DNA of 61,572 nt, counting the filler. It is 12 parts of 12 records of this genome, joined end to end, with 100 filler letters (N's around TTAATTAATTAA, not from the genome) between each part and the next. Parts side by side here need not be neighbours in the genome. Positions count along the whole stretch, not along the records: positions 22,465 to 27,830 come from SRR7504441_4974; positions 27,931 to 31,313 come from SRR7504441_4975; positions 31,414 to 35,814 come from SRR7504441_4979; 9 more parts are not named here. One strand, written 5' to 3'. The notes under the pieces are model-generated. The model ran no database searches, had not been told where the DNA came from, and worked only from the letters and a program-made list of their open reading frames with translations. Position numbers and translations under genes: made by a program. How positions within the stretch are numbered: position 1 is the stretch's first letter; each line of letters starts with the position of its first letter. This document shows positions 22,538 to 34,400 of the stretch, piece after piece.

Positions 22538-25500
22538 TTATTCATCATCAAGATAGTCTAGTAGCACCATCGCCTTCTCGCTTGCCGGTTGCCACCGCCA
22601 ACTACTAAACAACCCACCCATCTCTAAAGTGTAGAAGGACAGATCAGACCCTTCGTAGCACACACCTTTCTTTGTCAAATGCTTGATTTGCTTGGCAGGC
22701 ATCGGGCAGCCTTGGCATTCTTGGTGCAGGTTTTGCACCGCTGACCACCTGGCACAGCACCATAAACCAAGCAGCATTGGCACAACAGCCACACCGGGCA
22801 GGCCGGCAGTCGGTTGCCAGGATCCGGATAATCGAGAGCTTGTGCGTCACGTAAAACAGCTCCGCCGAGCGGGCCCGGGGCTCCTCCCGAAGCAGCAGCT
22901 TGCCGTCTCGGCAGGCGAGCACACTCGGGACGAAGCACTTGACGTAATGATGCTGCCAGCTGGCTCCGCTCCGTTGCCACATGTGATGCAGCTCGCCGTC
23001 GGCATCGCAGTAGAACACGAGCAGCTGGCCGCGCACAACCGTAGCCTCAGGCTGCCCACGGCCACACAGCGGGGCCTGCCCCGCGTCAGACAATGCCACT
23101 CACTCAGGGGCTGCCTTGAGTGCCGCGGTCAAGCTGTACAAGTCGGATTGCTCCCCGCTGCCCATGGCCCAGATCTCTCCGTTGGTGCTGCACAGCAGCT
23201 GCCCATCCGACCCGGCGATCTGCAGCCCGCTCAAGCCACCCACCCAGCGCTCGCACCGGGTTGTGACTGCCTGAGCAGAGCCGCGTGTTCACCGGCGACT
23301 GCATGTAACCGATCACCGGAGAGCTGGTCTGCCGAGACAGCGCCGTGCTGTTTGTCCTCTTGGCTAGAGCACCGCAGCTCCGTCCGCGCCGGATCTGAAG
23401 GTTTGGCCGGTCCTCGCTCCGTGACTTCTGCCGGACCTTGACTCTAGGCGACCTGGTCGAGCGGCCATCGGGAGTGAGGCTCTCGGCACTGTCCACAGGC
23501 GACCAGGAGGACGACCGACGATGGTCCGGCGACGCCTGTGACCTAGGCGTGGAGCTAGACGACCCATCGCGAGGCCTGGCCGCCCTCGCCTTCTCCAAAG
23601 CTGAGAGCATCGCCGCGCAAACCATCTCGGCGCCCTGAAGGTGCAGCGTGGCCGCATCGGTCACAATCTCTAGTTGCCGCTCCGTGTGGACCATCTTCTC
23701 TATCGTGGACACATCCACCGAGGCCTTGAGCCCCCCCGACCCACTCAAGCTGAACCACTGCAACTTGCCGCTTTGCACCACAAACCGCCGATTCTTCCAA
23801 AGTTCAAGCCCGCGTGTGCCCTTCTTCTGGAGCACCGCGCTGAAGAAAGGCTCCTCCTGCCACCCAAATCCGCCACCTCGGCCAGCAGCGCGCCGCACCT
23901 CCTCTGCCGAGAGGGCCTGGACCCGGAACCACCGTCGTCGGCGCACCTTGGAGCTCTCGCGCTCCATTGGCCGCCACTGCCGGGTGCCGTCTACCTCCTC
24001 GAGCCCACCATACCACCAATCGTCGGTCAGACTCTCCATGGTCCAGTCGCACAGCCACAGCCAGCTGCCCCCATTGCTCTCTAGCCGCCCAGCCGCCGCG
24101 CACCCGGCGTGCAGCCCCTCCACCATCTCTGCAGATGAGACCTTAGACCCATTGTCATGCTGCCAGCCAGACAACTCGTGCTCGCCCCCCGGCGCGGCCC
24201 ACATCCCGTTCGGCCGCCTCAGCTGGGCCTCCCACGCGTGCTGCTTCTCTGCCGCCTGCACGGTGGCCAGCACCTCGTGGATCACGCTGCTTGCCTCGGG
24301 CGTGCTCGTCTGCAGGTCTATCCCCGGCCCGTCGGCCGCCTCGCCACTTGCCATCGCATCCGCCGGCAAAAACACTTGCTGCAACCCGTCTCAACCGCCG
24401 CGCCGGCCGCGGGCGCACCATCCCCCTCGCAGCCTGGGCACAGAAGCTTGCAGTGACCTCTCGTGCCAGCGCTCTCTCTAGCAGTGCCCTCAGCGGCCTC
24501 GGGTCAACCCCAAGCAGCAGCTCAGAGCTGTCCCCAGTCGGGGTGGCGCACAGCCGGGTGGCCTTATTCGAGCAGAGCGCCGGCCAGAGCACTACCTGTC
24601 CGTTGCGATTAGATTCAGTCGAACAGAGAGCGGTGCCTTGAGGATCCCCAGCTCCAAAGGCTCCAGCGACTCGAGCGCTTCGGCTCGGGATTGCCCGGTG
24701 CTCAGCGGCGTCATCTCGCTGCCAGGCGGCTGCCCGCCGGAGGCCGCCTGCCGTAGCAGCGAGAGCAGAGACGGCCGGCTGACTAAAGGCTGGCCGTGCT
24801 CCGTCTGCCATGCGGCCGAAGCCGACCATTCCCCGAATCGCCAGGCAAGCAGCGCGGTCGCAACCAGCCCGAGCGCCCCCGCCACGTGCCAGAGCACAGT
24901 GAGCAGCACCACCGCGCTGATACTCTCCAGGGCGAACCACTGGTCCTCCGCGTGCTGGCTGGTGCGCCCTGCCTTGACCGCGTTGCAGGGCATTGTGATT
25001 GGGTGTGGTGAGCCGCAGGCCGAGCAAGAGAGCTCAGTGCTCTTGGCGAGATCCGGACAAACCTCCTGCTCGGCGAAGCAGGCGGCCAGCTCGGCCATCC
25101 AGGCGCTGTGTCCGGCCTTGTGGGTGCGGGCCAGCCAATCGGCCAGTCGAGGCTCGAGCGCCGACTCTAGTAACGGATGCTCGTCGCACACGGCCGAGTG
25201 CAGCTTGAGCTCGGACCCGCCGGCCTGCTCCGGGGCGCAGCTGTACTCGGATTGGATCGCGATGTGCGCCACTGCCGGCAGCCCGGGCAGTTTAGCGGTC
25301 TGGAGCACCCGCCAGCCTAGCCCGCTCTGCCGGAGAGTATCCCACTCGCGGCTCTCGACCGACTGGTGCAGGTGGCACTCAACCAGCCTGCCCGGCAGCA
25401 GCGAGCCCGGCCCGAGGTCGCAACGGAACCTCAGGTCGCGGGTGCGCTTGCCTGGACCGTCCGCGGCCGCCCACGGCCCGGCCGAGAGTTCCCAACAGCC

Positions 25501-25605
25501 GCGGGCCCGCAGGAAGCCGAGCAGGAAATCGGGCTGCTCGAACGCGCACCCGAACAGCTCGGACGGCGAGGCCGACAGCCGACGGCACATCTCCACCGCC
25601 TCCAT
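22538..25605 (-). CDS. Putative membrane-contact-site protein: VASt/StART-like, TM, DysF, PH and a C-terminal beta-rich domain
   Basis: The N-terminus LSASPSELFGCAF...WELSAGPW...RTRDLRF is VASt-like, followed by a TM hairpin. Introns 24596-24636 (GC-AG) and 24379-24418 join the ORFs. DysF signature DDWWYG...VRRRRWFR; PH signature LQKKG...WKNRRFVVQSGKLQWF. The 3' exons are approximate. Confidence 0.65.
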
Positions 25606-25654
25606 CGACCCACAGAGGGCCTCACTCCATCAAGTGAGGTCGTTGAATTCCGTT

Positions 25655-26747
25655 ATGATTGAATTATTGATGCATGGGGCCTCGACGGAGAGGTGGTTGG
25701 CGGAGGCCCAGGCGGCGCGGGAGGAGCTGGAGCACCAGCTGCAGCTGGCGAGCGCCGAACTGGATCTGCCGCCTGGCCCAGTCGGCCCTGCCCGGCTGTC
25801 AGCCGAGTGGATCGCCCAGCGCAAAGCCGCGATCAGCCAGCTGGCCCCCCGGCCGGCCGCACCCCCGGCCAAACGGCTGATCAAGCCGGCCAAGCCGAGC
25901 CGCCGTTGGGACGGATCGACCCGCCCCCTCCCGACCGCCCCGCCCCCGCGGCCTTCCGGGTGCCACCCGCCCCGCCGCCCAGCTAAGGGTGTTGGGGCAG
26001 CCCTAGGCCAGTTCCAGGCTCGACTTACACAGCGCCCCCCCAAAGGCCAAAACGGCGGAGCAGTCGGAGCAGTCGGGTTGCCGTGCGGAGGGAGGCCGAG
26101 CAGGGGCGCTGGGACAACTCCAAACAGCTGCATACCCGGGTCGGGGCCAGCCCGGCTGTGTCGCTGCTGGACAGCCCCGTGACCCGTGTAGGATTCAGAG
26201 CTAGGCCGGTGCCGGCGGCTAGCAGCCAACTGCGGTTCTCGGAGCAAATGGCACAGCAGGAGAAGGATCGGGCGGCTCGGCGGCACGCGCAGGCGACTCA
26301 GCTGTTGGCCGACCGAGTTCCGTTTGAATTTGAAAAGAGAGAGCAGCTAAAGCAGCTAGAGCGAGAGGTCCGGGCTAGTCTGGCGCTCGCACCGAGGCCG
26401 GGCCGCAGGTGGCCAAAATGGAGGAGGGGCCAGCGCCCGTGCGGCCGGTGGCCAGGCCGATCCCGGACTTTAAGAAGGAGCACGATCGGCAGGACAAACT
26501 GCAGGAGCGGAGGCAGCTGGAGCGGCAAGCCCGAGGGGCAAAGGCACGACCGAAGGAGTTCTATGCTAGTAGAGCCATACCGGCCAGATCGACGGGGGAT
26601 CCGAGTCTGGGCAGCGTAAGCTCGCTAGAATCAACGGAAGGGCTAGAGCACGATGACGACTCAAACGATTCATCCTACGATACTCTGACTGACACCGAGC
26701 TTGATGCTACGGCGCCGGAATATCCGAGTGCCGAAGGAGTCGAATAG
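25655..26747 (+). CDS. Hypothetical Pro-rich/coiled-coil protein, weakly FAM161-like
   Basis: Multi-exon ORF pieces with VPFEFEKRE and PIPDFKKEH...PKEF; acidic C-terminus. Confidence 0.45.
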
Positions 26748-26779
26748 AATAAACAATTACATGTTATGCTGCATCTCAA

Positions 26780-27830
26780 TCTCTTTACATATATATACGA
26801 ACCACCAAGAGCGCTTCTCCTCCGGGCGAGGCCAGGCCTTTTATGGCCTTTTGGGCCTTCGCCCTTCATTCGAAGCTCAACCTCGTGAGTTTAGCGTATA
26901 CCAGAGCTGCACCGTCGATGGGTTGCTAAAGGGCGGGCTGGTAGCACAGCCCTGGGTCCTTGCTGTTGCCACACTCGCACCCACAGGGGCAAGCACCTGC
27001 ATCCACAGGTTTATTCCATTAGAAACGCGGAGCCACCGCTGTCGCATCGGTGCCCGAGGCAGGGGTTGGTGGGGGTGGGCCCGACCCCGTCGCACGCCGC
27101 CGGCTTGGGGCTCGCCTGCGCCAGTATCAACATCATCAAAATATCCAACGAGTCACCAGCTGGCTGCAGATGTCCTCCAGCAGCGTCTTGTTCCCGTCCA
27201 TCTCTTTGCCTGGCAGCCAACCGCTCAAATCCGATTCACCCAGCTGTTGCCGTTGATCAGAACCGTTGGGAAGTGCTGCAACGCCTTCCGCTCCGGCAAC
27301 TCCAACTGCTTGGCCCACAGCGCCGACCTCCGGCTGGAAGACTCAAAGCATCGCTGGGCGGGTGCCAGGTCGAGCCCGGCCTGTTAATTAACGGATCATT
27401 GCTCAGCAGGAAGGCAACAGCGGAGACCTGGCGCCCGCAGTGCGCTAGGAAGGTCCAGTTAGCGTGGTACCTCCCCTCGAAACAAGCCTGGCCCGCCGTC
27501 AGAGCCGCCCGGAGAGTGAAGGCACCAGGAATTCAGTTAGCGCGAGCATCTTGCGGCCGGTGCAGCCCGAGTCGGGGCAGAGCCCTCGTGCCTGCGTCAC
27601 ATGAGTATTAGGCAATCAATGTCAAAACACCAGGCAAGTCTCCCACTGATCCACCCGGCAGCCGGTGTCGATCACCACGCCGTCCACCTCACCCGGCCGC
27701 TCCCTCAGATCATCGGGCCGGCACACCTTCTCGCCCGGCTCCGGACAGATACTCGTACGGTTGGGCCCGAACCGCGGCGCTGGGAATGCCGTTGGGTTGA
27801 ACTGGAGGGCAACGGACTCGGCCAGCCCCT
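26780..27830 (-). CDS. Partial multi-exon hypothetical gene running in from the contig end
   Basis: GC-rich coding-like minus-strand segments with intron-like interruptions; no family recognised; limits approximate. Confidence 0.3.
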
Positions 27831-28135
27831 NNNNNNNNNNNNNNNNNNNNNNNNNNNNNNNNNNNNNNNNNNNNTTAATTAATTAANNNNNNNNNNNNNN
27901 NNNNNNNNNNNNNNNNNNNNNNNNNNNNNNATTATTGTCGACAACAAGGGCTCCACCACAAATCATGCTTGCCTCGTGACTACGTATACTTCATCAAACT
28001 GAACCTAGGGTCGTTATTTACACATATCAAACCCCTGCAGCTGCATATCGGCGAGCCACAGGTCTGAAGAGAGGGCATTGCTAATACAATGGATGCCTCG
28101 CCTGAGTTTCCTTAGAGTGTGTGGGCCTGCCATCT

Positions 28136-29431
28136 TTACCACGGCAGCTCCGTGCCATCATACTGCAGGAATTTGCCGTTGTCGGCAGTGGTGCAGCTCT
28201 CGATGCAGTCGAGCATCCCATTCACGCTCTCTGGGACTTGCAGCCCCGGGGTCCGGCCGCCGGCCGAGCCCATATCCGTCGCAACGTGCCCCGGCGACAT
28301 GGAGATGAACACGAACCCCTCGTCCTTGAGCTCGCCACCAAAGCACCGGCTCATCATGTTGTTGGCGGCCCGACTCATCCGGTAACTGGCCACACCGCCG
28401 TACCGGCCCTGGATCCCCCAGCACTTGTCTATCGAAGCCAGCTGCGAAGAGAGGTTGAGCACCACTTTGGTTCGGCCGGCGCGCAGCAGAGCCAGAAACG
28501 CCTGGGTAGTGGCAAGGGTGCCCACCACGTTGGTGGACAGCACGTTCATTACATCGTCCGCGCAGGCTGACAGTATCGGATCCACAGGGTGATTCTTGCT
28601 CGATATGCCTGCGTTGTTGATCAGCACGTCCACAGCCTCCACACGCGATCCGATAGCCTCAGCTGCGGCCGCTATCGACGCCTGGTCCTGAAGGTCGAGT
28701 GGGACCGCGAACGACTCCGGGTGCCCCTCGAGCAGTGCCTGCAGCGCCTCGGCCTTGGCCGGGTTGCGACAGGTGGCTACGACCACAGCGCCCCTCTCCA
28801 GCGCGTACTGCACGAACCCTAGTCCGAGGCCTCTGTTGCTCCCAGTGACCACCACCACCTTGCCGGCAAGCCCGCCCTGGCACGCCGCCGGCCGGGCCAT
28901 TTCGAAACCGCGCCCGACCAGGAACTCGGTGCTGCGCTTCTGGAACGCCTCCGCCCCCTCGCCTACCAACTCGTGAAACTGGAGCCCTTCGGTCCGATCG
29001 CAGAACAGCGCGTGCACCGCCCCTGACGGGATCTCGAGCATGTCGCCCGCCCCCAGCTCGGCCGTCTGGCGCTCGGTTGGCTCGCCGTTCGGCCACTTGG
29101 AGACCAGGACAGCCCCGCCCCGGATCTGGAACAGCTCGTCGATATCGTGCCGGTGCGGCTGGAGCTGCTGGCCCGGGGCGTAGTCCATCACCCGCGCGGC
29201 CCGGCCGTCCACCTGCACGAAGCACTGGACGAAACCGTTCTCGAGCCACGAAAGCTGCTCGCAGCCGGGCTGGGTGTTGCAGTGGATCTGGCGCAGCTCG
29301 GCCGACTCGGGCACCGAGTAGCCGGCCGCGCGCATCCGGGAGCGGGCGGCGTCGGCCAGCGGGCCGGTGAGCGCCCCGGCCTCCACCATCTTGTTGGCCG
29401 GGGCCTGGGCGTCTGTCGAGTCCTCGGGCAT
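28136..29431 (-). CDS. Cupin domain fused to a short-chain dehydrogenase (C-factor/CsgA-like SDR)
   Basis: Cupin motifs PHRHDIDELFQIRGG and GDMLEIPSGAVH. SDR motifs VTGSNRGLG, DVLINNAG, YRMSRAA, SPGHVATDMG and the terminal DGTELPW. Confidence 0.88.
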   Translation of the reverse strand: MPEDSTDAQAPANKMVEAGALTGPLADAARSRMRAAGYSVPESAELRQIHCNTQPGCEQLSWLENGFVQCFVQVDGRAARVMDYAPGQQLQPHRHDIDELFQIRGGAVLVSKWPNGEPTERQTAELGAGDMLEIPSGAVHALFCDRTEGLQFHELVGEGAEAFQKRSTEFLVGRGFEMARPAACQGGLAGKVVVVTGSNRGLGLGFVQYALERGAVVVATCRNPAKAEALQALLEGHPESFAVPLDLQDQASIAAAAEAIGSRVEAVDVLINNAGISSKNHPVDPILSACADDVMNVLSTNVVGTLATTQAFLALLRAGRTKVVLNLSSQLASIDKCWGIQGRYGGVASYRMSRAANNMMSRCFGGELKDEGFVFISMSPGHVATDMGSAGGRTPGLQVPESVNGMLDCIESCTTADNGKFLQYDGTELPW

Positions 29432-29619
29432 GGCTGCTGTGGGTTTTGCGACGCTGTGGTGGAGTGGCGCCAACTATTACTGTTAACTACTGTTCAGACC
29501 GAATTCTAAATTTTCCAACAAGACCGCGGTCAAGGCGGTCTCTCTCTCTGCGTATCTCTGCGACGATTGCGGGCGGGCGTGGCCTGTTTGTGTTGCTGAT
29601 CGGGTGGCTGCCGACCATC

Positions 29620-30093
29620 ATGGCGGACGGCGCGCCCGACTGGGAGGATATCAAGCACAAGTTCATCGGCGGACCCTACGCGGGCGCGGGCGGGATGGCT
29701 GCGGGCGGCGGGTCGGTGGGTGTTGAGGACTTTGTATCCGACGACGAGGCCATCCGGGCCGTCAGGCTGTTCCCTGGGGTGATGCGCTCGTTCGGTGGGC
29801 TGGGACCGGATGCCACCGACGAGCAGGTCGCCCAGAAGTTTCTGCCGGCCTTGAAGGTGATGCTGCCGCACGGCGGGTACTTCCACGACACACTGTACAA
29901 CATCCAAGTACTCGACGCGGACACCATCGTCTGCACCACCGGCGACATGCAGCTGACCGCCCCCCGGGCCAGCGGGGCGTGGGGGGTGCCCAAGCCCGGC
30001 AGCCCGGTCCGGACCACGATGCGGGTGGCGGCCGGGCGGGTGGAGATGGACTTGCATGGGGTGGAGATGTGGGCCTGGCGGACCGAGCTCTGA
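29620..30093 (+). CDS. Hypothetical protein (~157 aa)
   Basis: ATG 29620 lies within ORF 29446..30093; high GC3 and globular composition. Confidence 0.55.
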   Translation: MADGAPDWEDIKHKFIGGPYAGAGGMAAGGGSVGVEDFVSDDEAIRAVRLFPGVMRSFGGLGPDATDEQVAQKFLPALKVMLPHGGYFHDTLYNIQVLDADTIVCTTGDMQLTAPRASGAWGVPKPGSPVRTTMRVAAGRVEMDLHGVEMWAWRTEL

Positions 30094-30455
30094 CCCCGGC
30101 ACAGCCCGCAGCCGGCGCGACTGATGGCGGCGGCAGCGCATCTCCGCATGGTGGACGAGTAGGCGCTCGGTTACTGGAATCCTCCACAGATATCGGCTAC
30201 CTGTACAAAAGATAACACGTAGAAATGACCAATTGCCAACATGGACCCACGTTTCGTTGTGTCGAGATTGATTTCATATATTGTATTTTTTTACTTGTCT
30301 TCTGGAAGTATAACAAGTAACAAGAGCATGAGTGTCGTATACATGGCTATAACGAAGTAATAAAGAATATGATAACGAGTTGTCCCCAATCAAACATCAC
30401 GACACTTGGCCGGAGCGGTCGTCGGATCCGTCGATGGGGCCGGCTAGATGGCTAA

Positions 30456-31313
30456 TCAGCATAGCTTCCTGAGCTGCTCGATCAGATCGGACGACTTGTC
30501 CTGTCCTCGCAGCCCATATTTCTTGGCGAGTGCCTGCAGCTGCTTCCTTTTGAGCGAAGGCAGGCTTGCTCCGTCGAACGGGTGCGGCTTGTTGAACATC
30601 GAAGTCTCGGTGGCCTGCCCCCCGCCGCTCAGCCGGCGCCCTCCGGCTCGCACCTCATGCCAGAAGTAAAATGTGCCTGGCTTAGATGTGCTCTCTTCAC
30701 GCGACCAGCCATTCGGAAGGTCATCTACACAACCCGTCAACACCCAGCCTCCCCGGAGCCCGCACCGTCGCCTTTGGCCACCTTGGCCGCAGGCGCGTCC
30801 GCTGCCGCCTCTTCGGTTTCCTCGCGAGGACGCTTTGCAGAGGCCGCTGCAGCTGCCGCTTCTTCAGCAGCCTTGGCAGCTGCCGCTTCTTCAGCCGCCT
30901 TGGCAGCTGCAGCCTCTTCAGCCGCCTTAGCTGCCGCCGCCTCCTCCTCGGCAGCCTTGGCCGCCGCCGCCTCCTCAGCTGCCTGAGCTGCCGCCGCCTC
31001 TTCGGCTGCCTTGGCTGCTGCTGCGGCGTCCTCAGCTGCCTTGGCCGCCGCTGCTGCCTCCTCAGCTGCTTGGGCTGCCGCTGCTTCTTCGGCCGCCTTG
31101 GCCGCCGCCGCGGCCTCTTCAGCTGCCTTGGCCGCCGCAGCCGCTTCCGCAGCGGCTTGGGCTGCGGCCGCTTCCTCGGCCGCCCTGGCAGCAGCTGCTG
31201 CTTCTTCGGCCGCCTTGGCTGCAGCTGCGGCCTCTTCAGCTGCCTTGGCTGCCGCCGCCTCTTCAGCTGCTTGGGCTGCTGCAGCCTCCTCGGCCGCCTT
31301 GGCTGCCGCCGCC
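30456..31313 (-). CDS. C-terminal part of a protein with Ala/Glu/Lys repeats, a WW domain and a SAP-like domain
   Basis: The minus frame reads (AAAAKAAEE)n, then DDLPNGWSREESTSKPGTFYFWHE (WW) and SLKRKQLQALAKKYGLRGQDKSSDLIEQL (SAP-like); two short introns. Confidence 0.7.
30835..31313 (-). repeat. Coding minisatellite, ~27-nt unit encoding AAAA(K/Q)AAEE
   Basis: More than 15 degenerate tandem units running into the contig break. Confidence 0.9.
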
Positions 31314-31413
31314 NNNNNNNNNNNNNNNNNNNNNNNNNNNNNNNNNNNNNNNNNNNNTTAATTAATTAANNNNNNNNNNNNNNNNNNNNNNNNNNNNNNN
31401 NNNNNNNNNNNNN

Positions 31414-34400
31414 AGATGGTGGTCGAGTGGACCAATCAGCACGGGTGTGGGACCAACCCCAAGACCCATTGCGAGATCGTCATCCAGGCAGCCAGTCCCC
31501 CGGGCCGCCGGCTGAGCAAGCCCGGCAGTACGCGTGCGAGGACACACTCGATCCGGGCCAGAAGTACCGGGTTGGTGAGAACACCGGCTCGCCCCGGGAC
31601 GGCACCCCAAAGGACGCAAACGACGCGGCCACCGACCGGATCCCGGAGGATGAGGAGAGCGGCAAGGCGGACACGACCGAGCACCGGCGGTTTGGGATGC
31701 ACGAGAGTCCTTCGTTCTATGAGAAGTGCAAGCAGCGAGAGAGAAACAAAGGGCTGTACACTGCAGACCGGAACGTGCGGAACGATGCCCGTGGCACCCG
31801 CCAGAACCCGAACGGCAACCGGCGCGGGCTGGAATGTGACGGGCTGTGCTGATTGTGGCTGAGAGTTGCTGTCAGGCCCCGAGGAGAGGGATTATTACCC
31901 ATATTGGGCACCCAACCCGTGGCGGGATGTGGCTGTGATCACTTCTAGCGCCGAGCGGTGCGCCTACTACAAGAAGGCCTCGATGAACGTGGCGGCCCGG
32001 GGCGAGTGCGTCTCGGCGGGGGAGGTTTTCCCCAAAAATCACATCTATTCTCCCAAGTGCCGTCGGCAAACGAACGCAATGTCGGCAGAAGACCGGAAGA
32101 ACCGGGGCCAGTGGTGCGACTGGCTGCCGGGCCGGCCGACGGGGCGGGCCAGGTTTAATAACAAGAAACAGTGCGAGGCTGATGGGCATAAGTGGGTGCC
32201 AACTTGGTTTGACTTGGACCACCCCGCAAGCAAGAAGAGTCTTGAGGCTGCCAAGGCGATCAAGATGAGCTCCACCGGCAAGATGAACTATGAGGTGTTT
32301 GACGGGCTGCCCCAGTCGTCGCTGTGCAACACCGCAGCGATCAAGAAGCTCGAAGGCGGCAGTGGGGTCGAGAACCTCAAAATGGATGCGTCGGTGTGGG
32401 AGCCTAACAGCAACCTGGTCAAGTTCGAGAATGACGGAATCCTAGTGCCCCAGCGGCAGACTGTCTTCACCAAGATCAATTACCAGTCTCCGGTGCGAGT
32501 CGACTTCACGTGGCGTCAGGTGCTCTCTCAGCCTGTCTGGTGCTGAGCCTTAAGCATAGGTGGGCACTTCAACTGAGTGTGTCAAAGCCTATGTTGCGGA
32601 GAAGAGCGGCAATAACTATTTCGGGCTCAACGGATGGGGCATCGACCCATTATATAGGACTTATCCTTCTCGACGGGATGTGCGGCTCCGAAATGATCAG
32701 AGTCCGTTCAAGTTTGGGCATGTTGGAGGGCTGACCAGTGAGGAACAGACGGGCGGCTGTTTCATCAAGGTGCCGGATACTTGCCAGAACAATGGTTTCA
32801 AGCAGAAATACGCGGCTTGGGCCAAAGACACTGACAGAAATTCTCAGCATGATGAAAAGAGGTGCAAGGAGCAGCGGGTGAAGGACTTCAACGGCGCGTG
32901 TCGGATTGAGACTGGCACAGAGACCAAGTGGCTTGAGCCGGCATGGGTGAGCACAGATCAGACCCTGACAGTGGAGGTTTGGGCCAACAAGACTGCCTCG
33001 TTCAGCAGCAACGGACAATTCATTGCCAACGTCGAGATGCAGGAGAACGATCAGCTCATGTCAGGCCGGATTGGCTGGAGCAGTTGCATCAACTCAAAAC
33101 TCAAAGCAGTGAAGGTCACCAAGCCAGCCAGTTATGGACTCGAGACCCAGAAGTGCGCAGACGAGCTCAGGACAAGCGTGGTCGGCGACAAGGCTGTGTC
33201 ACACACGTACGGAGCCAAGTTCTCCGGTCCAGCTGATGATTGCGATGGCGAGGAGTCTGCCCAGCCATGCACCAACCGCGGGTGTCCCGAAGCCAAAGGT
33301 GCTTCGAAGCCCAAGGTGGTTAAGCTTTCTGGATACTTTGTCCCCACCAAAGCAGGGAATTTCAAGATCGACGTGAAGGGCAGCTATGGCTCCGAGTTGT
33401 GGCTCGATGACAAGAAGCTGGCGACCAATACCGACAAGGATGGAGCGACTTTTGGGGGCCAGACGGGAAATTTGCAGGCAAACAGAGCCTACAAGCTGCA
33501 AGCGTTTGGACGAGCCGTGACAGTCAAATCTGTTGGGTGCTTTGTCAAAGTTCCCAGAGGCTGTCCAGGCCAAAAAACCGGCTATCTGCGCGAATACGGA
33601 GACCCTGAGGTATGGAACAGAGATTGGCATGGCGAGAGGTATCGGAACGCGTTCATAGATCAGGCTGCCTGCTTGCGGCGGACGACAGAGTTCAACAATT
33701 GGTGCAAAGTTGAGAACAAGGCAGAAATGAAGTATATCTCACCCAAGGAGGGCGGGGGGACCTTCCGGCTCTTGGTGAACAATCAGCCGATGCAAACTAT
33801 TTCAGCGGACTACAAGGTGTGCACCACTGCCAACTGTGCGGAAGAGCCTCGGAACCAGTTGTGCCAGACCAGAGCGAACGCAGACTGCGAGTGCGACAAC
33901 TGGTTTGATCACGATCCTAAAATGGGGATCCCCAAGGAGGCTGGCAACTGCTGCATGCGGCCAAACAAACAGCCTAAGACAGGTCCATGGTGTTACTGTA
34001 GGGGCAAGAAGAACCAATTTGCCATGTGTGAGCCTGAATTTGCAGCACACAAAGGCAAGCTCTTCAGTCTGGAGCAGGAGCAGGAGCAGAACAAGCTAAC
34101 AAGTGATGAGTGGACGGAGGCATCGCCAGCTGGGCGGAGCCTGCTAGCCCTTGTAGACGAGACTGCAATGGCGCCCACCACTGGGCCGAAGGACACAACT
34201 GCTGAAAAGCCCCAGACTGCTGCAGTAGACTGTCTGGATGGCAAGAGCAGCACGGCGAGAGAAAATCAGCTCGGGAATGCTCGTGATACTTCCAACCCTG
34301 ATAGTGCAATCCCACACGGTGTCAATGCCAACCGGTACATCTGGACCGTGCCTGATCACATCAACGACAATTGTGTGCTCCGACTGCGATACAACATTTC

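Noticed and set aside
24638-25620. Long antisense or alternative-frame ORFs (e.g. 24638+, 48558+, 54400+, 58541-, 30686+)
   Set aside because: Shadow ORFs expected opposite GC-rich coding sequence; no domain signal.
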